Source of the DNA: a virus
Length of the DNA: 64,000 nucleotides
Virus record (IMG/VR): IMGVR_UViG_3300044959_000131
Coordinates: 112,946 to 176,945 of that record
Direction: 5' to 3' (one strand)
The notes under the pieces: model-generated
What the model saw: only the letters and a program-made list of their open reading frames with translations
What the model was told of the DNA's origin: nothing
Databases searched by the model: none
Made by a program: the position numbers and the translations under genes
Part shown: positions 40,574-47,317 of the stretch, piece by piece
Layout: each line of letters opens with the position of its first letter
How positions within the stretch are numbered: the first letter of the stretch is position 1

Positions 40574-40580
40574 GCGTAGT

Positions 40581-40601
40581 GCGACCCCCTACGGGGGTCG
40601 C
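40581..40601. terminator. Hairpin between convergent gene blocks
   Basis: GCGACCCC-ctacg-GGGGTCGC. Confidence 0.75.
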
Positions 40602-40608
40602 TGGAACG

Positions 40609-41067
40609 CTAGGACTTGATAAGATTGTCACCAATCTTTTCGGAGAGCTTGTACGTCAATTTTACTTCCGAGCTCCCCCCTTCTTCCGATGATTCGTTCC
40701 TCCTTTCTTGTGATTGAGGCTGCTTGTTTGCTGGCAGCCTCGGTTTGTGAACCGTACGGCTCAGATTCGACTGTCGAATCTGAGCCGACCTGTACTTTAT
40801 TTGCGCCTCGATCTTCTCCGCTTGCGCTCTGAGCTCACGCGCCTCAAGCTCAAGCGCTTCTACCTTTACCCTCCTTTCTCTGTTTTCGAATTCCTGTTTC
40901 ATGAGGAGCCGTCCACGGTCCAGCTCCTCGTCTGACATGTCCGTCTGACGGTCGAGGATCTCCGCCTCAAGACCAGCTTTCTTGGCCTTGATGGACAACA
41001 ACCGGCTAACGTCCTTCATGATCTGGATAAAAACCTCGACCAACTCACCTGGAATAGCGATTTTCAC
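40609..41067 (-). CDS. Coiled-coil hypothetical protein
   Basis: GTG start with SD GGAGAGGGG. Confidence 0.6.
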   Translation of the reverse strand: MKIAIPGELVEVFIQIMKDVSRLLSIKAKKAGLEAEILDRQTDMSDEELDRGRLLMKQEFENRERRVKVEALELEARELRAQAEKIEAQIKYRSAQIRQSNLSRTVHKPRLPANKQPQSQERRNESSEEGGSSEVKLTYKLSEKIGDNLIKS

Positions 41068-41186
41068 GTACTTCCCCTCTCCTTGAGAGCTAGCTAATAA
41101 GTAAAAAAATGAGGATGATCTGTGGGTATCATCCTCAAACTACTTATGCCGAACCACCGGAATCTTTTTCTCAGCACTAAAGTGAC

Positions 41187-41215
41187 TTGCAATCTCCTCA
41201 ATCTGTCCGTATCAT
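41187..41215 (+). promoter_or_regulatory. Sigma70-type promoter driving a candidate sRNA
   Basis: TTGCAA-17 nt-TATCAT. Confidence 0.6.
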
Positions 41216-41221
41216 GTAGAC

Positions 41222-41293
41222 AGACCTCGATTGGAGTTTCCCCCTCCGCTCCGATTGAGGCAGGACCCCGGCTCTGGCCGGGGTCCTTTTTTA
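41222..41293 (+). ncRNA. Candidate sRNA of about 70 nt with anti-SD loop
   Basis: 12-bp stem 41225-41236/41249-41260 with loop TTTCCCCCTCCG, then an 11-bp terminator stem 41262-41287 and a T-run; no ORF. Confidence 0.6.
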
Positions 41294-41301
41294 TTTCTCA
41301 G

Positions 41302-41541
41302 CTACGCCGTGCCAGGCGGCTGAGGGAACTGAGGAGGCGGTAGCTCCGCGCGCTTCCTACTGTCGCGGAGATATTTTAGGCGGAGTTGCCTGTTCTCTTC
41401 TTCCAACTCGTAAATCCGGTCCTCGTACTCTTGTTTGATTCTTTCACCGCGATCAGTCATCTTCTTCGCGATGAGGTAGATGCCCCAAGCGAAGAGAGCC
41501 ACCTTCAATCCACACAGCCCATATAGGAATAGAACGATCAT
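41302..41541 (-). CDS. Small membrane-anchored coiled-coil protein
   Basis: N-terminal TM segment; SD AAGGAG; GGCATAAG motif upstream. Confidence 0.65.
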   Translation of the reverse strand: MIVLFLYGLCGLKVALFAWGIYLIAKKMTDRGERIKQEYEDRIYELEEENRQLRLKYLRDSRKRAELPPPQFPQPPGTA

Positions 41542-41896
41542 GTCTCTCTCCTTTCTATGTTTCTATGTGCTTATGCCGAAGAATGGAGAGATTTCCTGAA
41601 GAGGCTGCCGACCGATTCAACATCAGCTCTCTGAGCTAAAAGGAAATGGGAGGTTCGTCAGGCGCAAGAACGTCCCCCCATTTCCACCAGTTCGTGCTAG
41701 CTCTCGTCCTGCCATTGATGGCTCGATCTTTTGCACCCCATCTGCCGGGGGAGGGGAGGTGAGAAACAGATAGGGTGCTCCCAAGAGCCTAAACAATGGC
41801 AAAGTACGATGCGGAGGAGGATGAACTTGGCCAAAGCTCCTCCTCAAGATCTTTATACCGTCATGTCGACGGTATTTTCTTCCACGAAATAACTCG

Positions 41897-42286
41897 TCAG
41901 ACGTCTTTTATCTCACGATGAGGATACAAAAACATCGACATGGATTCGCCCGGGCCGATATTTTCGAACCCCATTCTCTCTAGCCTCTTCGAGAATCTCT
42001 TCGAGATGACGTTCTCAAGGAGAATCGGCAGGCTCGGATACTTCGCTCTGATTCTCTTGACGAGATTCGTGAAAGTCCCTTTCGATTTTTGTGTGGCTTC
42101 GACGTTCGCAATGTCCAGTACTGGAAGGAAGCGAACGCCGTTGATGGTTCTCATTGATATCCTGACGTACAGCAGCGAGAAACCTGGCTCTCTGAGAAAA
42201 GCCCTTGCTGGGACCCAATGTGCTTTAGGGTCCTCGTAACGAGGTAGCTCCTCAGCGAGAAATTCGTCCAGCGTCTTCGCTGCCAT
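41897..42286 (-). CDS. GNAT-like acetyltransferase-fold protein
   Basis: LDIANVE..QKSKGTF...ILLENV...RLERMGF pattern. Confidence 0.45.
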   Translation of the reverse strand: MAAKTLDEFLAEELPRYEDPKAHWVPARAFLREPGFSLLYVRISMRTINGVRFLPVLDIANVEATQKSKGTFTNLVKRIRAKYPSLPILLENVISKRFSKRLERMGFENIGPGESMSMFLYPHREIKDV

Positions 42287-42509
42287 TCTTACTACGACGA
42301 GATTGGTATACCTCTCCCTTTATAGTCTCACCGCCTTCGATTTCAACCTCGAAGTAGTAATGAATGACTTCAGCCGGAGTGAGCTTGACTGCTCCAGCTC
42401 CTGGGAACATACGCCTAAGAGCGTCTGCTGCGTTTTCAGCAGATACTGACTCTTTGACATCCTTATCACCTTTCGAGTACTCGATCTTGAACTTCCGCTG
42501 TGCGGCCAT
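42252..42509 (-). CDS. Hypothetical protein
   Basis: Likely start MAAQRK at 42509 with SD. Confidence 0.5.
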   Translation of the reverse strand: MAAQRKFKIEYSKGDKDVKESVSAENAADALRRMFPGAGAVKLTPAEVIHYYFEVEIEGGETIKGEVYQSRRSKNGSEDAGRISR

Positions 42510-42738
42510 TTTTATGAGCCCTTCTTGTAGAGTGTGGGAGTAGTATCTCCTCCAGAACACAGATGTGCGTTGAGAGCCAGTGATCCTGAGCGCCGAGTTC
42601 GATAAGGCATCGCTTCACGCTCTCTGAACGCTCAGATTCTGGGATACAAGCGTAAGACTGATACGCTTTTCTTATCCTCTCCATCTCACGATGCAGGTAA
42701 TCGACCGCTCTCTTTGACCTTGAGATCGACATTGCCAC
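42466..42738 (-). CDS. Hypothetical protein
   Basis: SD GGAGAG; co-oriented with neighbours. Confidence 0.45.
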   Translation of the reverse strand: MAMSISRSKRAVDYLHREMERIRKAYQSYACIPESERSESVKRCLIELGAQDHWLSTHICVLEEILLPHSTRRAHKNGRTAEVQDRVLER

Positions 42739-43504
42739 TCTCCTCCATTTTCATGGATTTCTCGCTGAGGTCACGAGCAACGTCTTCTCGCCAATCACGA
42801 ATGGTAGTGACGCTACGATCTTCTGGGAACACGATGCCCACTGTCTTTTCTGCTGTCTCTACAAACTTATGAAACTCACCGTCGTTCCACGGAGGGCTCC
42901 ACGCCGTGGACTTGGCGATGAAGATTGCAGTCACCTTGACCTTCTCGTCCCACGGCACTTTGTCCGCTCTGAGTTGTGAGACCCTCTTTGAAACCCTGCT
43001 ACCGGACCACGGATTCGGTTCTACTGATGGATCCTTCCACACAGGATAGAAGTGACGGTATTGAAGTTTCTTCAGCTTAGACAGCAGCACATAGGCCCAC
43101 GAACCTGCATCTGCGATACCGCTCTTCGACAACTTGTAGGTGATTGATAGAGCGTTATATCCGAGGTCGTGATGGGCGTCGAAATTCCACAGCTCGTCTG
43201 CAACATCATCGAGGTCGCCGAGTGAGTGGAAGAAGGGCAGTGCTCTGACGTGTGAGTCTGCGACATAGGCAGCAACACACTCCGAGAAGTCCCAGTTCTG
43301 GACGGCTTTTTGCCAGAATTCACTAGCCTTAGGCTCATGCAAGTCTGGATGAGTGATGCCCCTGATGTCTTCCCCAGAGAGAAACGCCCTGCAGACCCAG
43401 ACGTCCTCTTGGAACAGTTTGTTCTCGGCGTGATGCCAGTCCCACTCCAGACGTTCCTCTTGGAAGAAGTCCCAATCAACTGACAGCCAGATCCTCTTCA
43501 GCAT
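42686..43504 (-). CDS. UPF0489/ureohydrolase-like metal-binding protein
   Basis: LSVDWDFF, DSH and NFDAHHDLGY motifs; SD GAAGGAGG before ATG 43504. Confidence 0.6.
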   Translation of the reverse strand: MLKRIWLSVDWDFFQEERLEWDWHHAENKLFQEDVWVCRAFLSGEDIRGITHPDLHEPKASEFWQKAVQNWDFSECVAAYVADSHVRALPFFHSLGDLDDVADELWNFDAHHDLGYNALSITYKLSKSGIADAGSWAYVLLSKLKKLQYRHFYPVWKDPSVEPNPWSGSRVSKRVSQLRADKVPWDEKVKVTAIFIAKSTAWSPPWNDGEFHKFVETAEKTVGIVFPEDRSVTTIRDWREDVARDLSEKSMKMEESGNVDLKVKESGRLPAS

Positions 43505-43890
43505 TGGGCCTCCTTCGGCATCCAAAACAACTCCGACTCATTCTCCACACATTTCAGACAGATGATGACGAAGTCTTTGTCCTTCTCATCTTCGAGTGTT
43601 CGCTTCGAGCTCGGAGACAACCATGTCCGTTGCTTACAGAGTTCGCACACCCCATCTGGTGTGGAGTCGGACACCGACTTTGGAAGCGATGCAGGGGTCG
43701 TCAGAAGTGGAACGCCAGATCGTTTGTTGACTTTCTCAAGAATACGAGTGAGCACCTTCTTCAACTCGCTGTTCTGCTCGGCTCGATATTCCAATGCTCT
43801 GTCGAATGGATCTGGAACTGGTTCATGAGTGCTGACTACCGAACACACTGGACATGCGCTCCAATCAGTTTCACCGTGTGGACAGTTCAT
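43498..43890 (-). CDS. Hypothetical protein with three Cys clusters
   Basis: CPH..CPVC, CELC and CLKC; SD GGAG. Confidence 0.55.
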   Translation of the reverse strand: MNCPHGETDWSACPVCSVVSTHEPVPDPFDRALEYRAEQNSELKKVLTRILEKVNKRSGVPLLTTPASLPKSVSDSTPDGVCELCKQRTWLSPSSKRTLEDEKDKDFVIICLKCVENESELFWMPKEAQC

Positions 43891-43914
43891 TGTGCTTTCT
43901 CCATGTCTTCAACG

Positions 43915-44075
43915 TTGAGTGAAAAAAAGCTTTCACTGGAAACGTGTTTTCACCGCCTTTCGCAGACCTAAGTGATTCACCGATGGCGATGAAATTACCA
44001 GTTTACTGGTCTTTCCGGAACCTCAACGGTTCTCGTTTTGATGTTGATTCAGAGTGAAAGAGAAGGTTGTTCTCT
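43915..44075 (-). ncRNA. Candidate structured leader RNA or sRNA
   Basis: Lies downstream of GGGATAAG (44084-44091); several stems including G-U pairs on the minus strand; alternative AGTGAAA/TTTCACT pairings. Confidence 0.35.
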
Positions 44076-44114
44076 CTGTTCTTCTTATCCCGAGAAAGCG
44101 ACCGCTCTGAAGGC

Positions 44115-44143
44115 TAAAAAAGCCCTCCCTTTCGGAGAGGGCC
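44115..44143 (-). terminator. Intrinsic terminator
   Basis: GCCCTC...GAGGGC stem followed by TTTTTTAGC on the minus strand. Confidence 0.7.
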
Positions 44144-44150
44144 TTTCCTA

Positions 44151-44291
44151 CTACGCGGCGGCCTTCTTCCCCCGGACCAGCTCGGCGGTCTTCTCGACCG
44201 CCGCCGTCGTCGCCATGGCGACGACGGTCGCTCCGGCCACCTTGCCGGCGAACTTCAGTGCGTTGATGAGATGCGGGACGATCTTGTTCAT
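44151..44291 (-). CDS. 46-aa peptide MNKIVPHLINALKFAGKVAGATVVAMATTAAVEKTAELVRGKKAAA
   Basis: Own promoter motif (44343), SD AAAGG and terminator; below the ORF-track cutoff. Confidence 0.7.
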   Translation of the reverse strand: MNKIVPHLINALKFAGKVAGATVVAMATTAAVEKTAELVRGKKAAA

Positions 44292-44369
44292 GTTGCGCCT
44301 TTCTTTCTGCCCACGAGGGGCCTTTTACGAAGAGCGAAATGCCTTATCCAATGGTTTTACCAAGAATTG

Positions 44370-44822
44370 CTATTTGTAAGAGAGGTTGATCCAGGCTTTT
44401 AAGGCCAGTGCCTCCCATGCACGTACAAGAGTCTGCTCCAGAGCGTTATAGTTCTCGAAGAAATCACTTGGGCTGAGGTTGTATATCTTCAGATTGGTCC
44501 AAGCTGAGACCACTTTTGCTGGGAACTCGGCAATGATGCTCATCTCAAGGTGGTAACGGTCAGACTCGGCCACTGAATGCCCGCCCGGAAGTCCTGCGCG
44601 GTCGAACAAATCTACGACGATCTGGTCTTTTTCATTCTGGTCTTTTTCTTTCTCAGTGATGGGCCGTTCCGTCTTGATCCTCTTGTAGAAGAGTCCGAGA
44701 TGGAAGTTGTCATCTATCCTCGGCTGCCACTTGAATCCGAGCTCCGTCATTCTCGATTTTATAGTGTCGAATTTCACTGTTTTCACTGTCCCCTCTCTTC
44801 GGCTGCCAATTTTCTTTTTCAT
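44370..44822 (-). CDS. Hypothetical protein, tandem paralog B
   Basis: Aligns with 44822-45202 (KFD.IKSRMT.LGF...GLFYK...LPGG..V.E.DRY..E..I..EFP...LVRAWEALA). Confidence 0.75.
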   Translation of the reverse strand: MKKKIGSRREGTVKTVKFDTIKSRMTELGFKWQPRIDDNFHLGLFYKRIKTERPITEKEKDQNEKDQIVVDLFDRAGLPGGHSVAESDRYHLEMSIIAEFPAKVVSAWTNLKIYNLSPSDFFENYNALEQTLVRAWEALALKAWINLSYK

Positions 44823-45202
44823 CAGGCCAGTGCCTCCCATGCACGTACAAGAGCTTGCTCTAGAATATCGTAGTTCTCGAAGAAGTCACTCGGGCTGAAG
44901 CTGTACGCTTTCAGCTTGGCCCAAGCTGAAATCGCTTTTGATGGGAAGGCGATGTCCACTGGAAACTCGCCAGTGATGTTCACCTCGAATTTGTAGCGGT
45001 CCTCCTCGGACACGGCATTCCCGCCCGGAATGCTTGCGTGGTCGAATACTTCCACGACGAGCTGAGCCTTCCCGTTGGCGGTGCATGGACGCTTCGTCTG
45101 GACACTCTTGTAGAAGAGTCCGACAAAGAAGGTCCCAGTTTTGTGTTCCTGCAACTTGAAACCAAGGTCCGTCATTCTCGACTTTATCTTGTCGAATTTC
45201 AT
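44822..45202 (-). CDS. Hypothetical protein, tandem paralog A
   Basis: SD GGAGG; 30-nt identical 3' segment at 44402-44431 and 44824-44853. Confidence 0.75.
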   Translation of the reverse strand: MKFDKIKSRMTDLGFKLQEHKTGTFFVGLFYKSVQTKRPCTANGKAQLVVEVFDHASIPGGNAVSEEDRYKFEVNITGEFPVDIAFPSKAISAWAKLKAYSFSPSDFFENYDILEQALVRAWEALA

Positions 45203-45242
45203 TGCCTCCTAGCTCCGTTTGAGAAATCACTGTCGAGTCTAT

Positions 45243-46586
45243 CTACCACTCATCGAGAGCCGCCAATCTACCGATGGCTCCAGCCTGGCGCTCCATCTTC
45301 TCGAGTCGTCTTCTTGTCTTTTTGGCTGCGTACCTCCATACACCGGGCGATACTGCGAACCCACCGCGCTTGTTCTCGTCAAGCCACTTCCCGATCACGT
45401 CGCAAAGGAACAGGCCCAAACGGTATTCACCGAGAAGTTTGCGCTCGACGACGTTTGGTGCTGTTGCCCACACCGGAGATCCGGTACAGACGACCTGCCA
45501 CAGGCGGACGTACGGAATCGGGAAAGGACGCCGACTGAGCCTCATTGGCGCACGGGCCATTGCAAGCCAGAGCCACTCACCACGTGCATATCCAGGCTCC
45601 GCCGCTGGAGGAGCAGGTTGAAGCCAGTGGCGTTTTATTCGAGGTTGCCGAGTGGGAGGAGATTGTGGCGTCTCCACCAGTGTTTGACCAACAGCCGTCT
45701 CCTGTTCGGTCGTCGATTGATCGACATCAACTGGCTGTTGGGCTGACAGATTTGGATATACTCTCACAATAGATGATTGCCCCTTACCTGCCCTCCGTAT
45801 ATACGAAATCCATTCTTCGTGTCCGTCTGCCCTCCATTCTGCACGCCTGTGACGTCCCCTCACGTGGTTCGCTGCACGAGCGCGTCGCAGTGCATTACGT
45901 GTAGGGTGAATGCCGTTTTCGTCTACAGCGACTCCGCATATGATACGCCTTCCGGCCTTCGAGAGATAAACACGAGTCTTTGCAGTATGCAGAGACCAAC
46001 CGAAACGTCGACTCGCGACGTCTTCCAGTACCCGAACAACATCGGTCCACCGTCTTTCGTCACGCAGAGAAACAGCCAGATCGTCGGCGTAGCGCGTGTA
46101 AATGTATTCGAGGCCACGGGGACCAAGTAACGCATCGAGTTTTCGAACTACCTCCGCGTCATACCTCGCACCGACCAGATTGGCCGCGCTCGGAGATGTC
46201 GGAAGTCCCTGAGCCGTAACAGGCTGCTTGTGCCATGATGCTTGGTACGTGACAGCGTCTGCTATCTCCCGTGCATTGTCTGGTGTTTGACCAGAACGAA
46301 CCAACGCACGTAGCACCTGTTCTCTGGTGACGCTGTCAAACCAGGATTTCAGGTCGCACGTCACCGTAGCCGTCCATGGTCCGACATGTTGTAGAGCGGC
46401 GGTGACTGGAGAGCGGCTTTCTACGAATCCGTGGGATACATCAGCGACGCCAAGACGTTGTGCAAGGCGTCTCTCGGAATACATCAGAACCTTAAGAAAC
46501 AGAGATCGAAGATATTCGGCTTCATCTGGATCAGGTGCAACGACACGTCGCAGCTTGACGCCTTTCCTGATTTCTAATTCTTTCAT
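45243..46586 (-). CDS. Retron-type reverse transcriptase with C-terminal extension
   Basis: HGF...AALQH, DLKSWFDSV, QGLPTSPSAANL, YTRYADDLAVS and KTRV...ICGVAV; SD GAGGGAGG before ATG 46586. Confidence 0.88.
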   Translation of the reverse strand: MKELEIRKGVKLRRVVAPDPDEAEYLRSLFLKVLMYSERRLAQRLGVADVSHGFVESRSPVTAALQHVGPWTATVTCDLKSWFDSVTREQVLRALVRSGQTPDNAREIADAVTYQASWHKQPVTAQGLPTSPSAANLVGARYDAEVVRKLDALLGPRGLEYIYTRYADDLAVSLRDERRWTDVVRVLEDVASRRFGWSLHTAKTRVYLSKAGRRIICGVAVDENGIHPTRNALRRARAANHVRGRHRRAEWRADGHEEWISYIRRAGKGQSSIVRVYPNLSAQQPVDVDQSTTEQETAVGQTLVETPQSPPTRQPRIKRHWLQPAPPAAEPGYARGEWLWLAMARAPMRLSRRPFPIPYVRLWQVVCTGSPVWATAPNVVERKLLGEYRLGLFLCDVIGKWLDENKRGGFAVSPGVWRYAAKKTRRRLEKMERQAGAIGRLAALDEW

Positions 46587-46643
46587 CCCAGACCTCCCTC
46601 CCCGGCCCGGGCCCGTAGCAGGCCCAGGCCGGGGAGTTTGAAA

Positions 46644-46799
46644 CGCACCACGAAGCGGGGTTGCGCCGGAGTGAGAGACTTGTCCGAGAGTCATCTCTCT
46701 CTCACGTAGGCCTCAACCCCGCGCCTACCCGTCGTGGAGATCTTCAACGGGTGCCCCGACGTTCATCGCCGGGCCCTCCGATCTCCAAGAGCTGGTGCG
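46644..46799 (-). ncRNA. Retron msr-msd RNA (predicted)
   Basis: a1/a2 arms CGCACCA (46799-46793) and TGGTGCG (46650-46644); unpaired G at 46792 right after the 5' arm; two msr-like stem-loops; long msd-like hairpin 46655-46722. Confidence 0.7.
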
Positions 46800-46812
46800 G
46801 GTTGTGAAGGGA

Positions 46813-47313
46813 CTAGAGAGACGAGAGTTGATCGATTGCGGCCTTGCCTCTCACGTGTCGAGAGTATGAGGCCTGCTGCCGCTCGATCTCCTTGACGGAC
46901 CTCTCCAGCCCAACGGTCCTGTTGTGGAGCCACACCTCCACCTCGTTCCAGCCGATTATCCAGCTGGCGATGTCGCGGGGGCTTCGCCACAACCTCAGCC
47001 ACTCGTCGGCCACGCTGTGTGGAGACGAGTGGCGTACGTGCTTCTGGTACCTCGTCCACAGGACGTCGCAGTAGCCGTCGTTGGCCACCGACAGGATCAG
47101 CGCCCTTTGATGGACGTTGTATCCAACGTCCTCTCGCTTCCCTTGGACGTGGACCCAGAGGACTTCCCCGCCCGCCCTCCACGGGCTTTGAGGGGGGCGG
47201 ATGTGCAGACGCGGATTGGTCCGAAGTTTCCGTCTCAGCACTTCGGCCGCGTCCGCAGCTCTCTTGACTACGGCCGTCACCTGCTCGATGACGGCCTCGT
47301 CGAGCTTCGACAT
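46813..47313 (-). CDS. Hypothetical protein directly upstream of the retron RNA (candidate effector)
   Basis: SD AAGGAGG overlaps the upstream stop; Trp-rich 166 aa. Confidence 0.65.
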   Translation of the reverse strand: MSKLDEAVIEQVTAVVKRAADAAEVLRRKLRTNPRLHIRPPQSPWRAGGEVLWVHVQGKREDVGYNVHQRALILSVANDGYCDVLWTRYQKHVRHSSPHSVADEWLRLWRSPRDIASWIIGWNEVEVWLHNRTVGLERSVKEIERQQASYSRHVRGKAAIDQLSSL

Positions 47314-47317
47314 CGAT

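Noticed and set aside
43915-44075. c-di-GMP-I riboswitch or tRNA-like identity for the structured leader
   Set aside because: It has a GAAA-loop stem but lacks the conserved GEMM core, and has no TTC T-loop; kept only as an unassigned structured RNA
45243-46586. RT as a diversity-generating retroelement or group II intron
   Set aside because: Motifs are retron-like (QGLPTSP, YADD); no near-identical TR/VR pair differing at adenines was seen; no intron domain V or maturase/endonuclease region is visible
46587-46694. Longer RT start (MTLGQ...) from the ORF track
   Set aside because: That ATG lies inside the predicted msd hairpin; ATG 46586 has a strong SD
45243-46900. Homology between the C-terminal helices of the RT (LEKMERQA...AALDE) and ORF166 (KEIERQQA...AAIDQ)
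   Set aside because: Too short and of coiled-coil composition; likely chance
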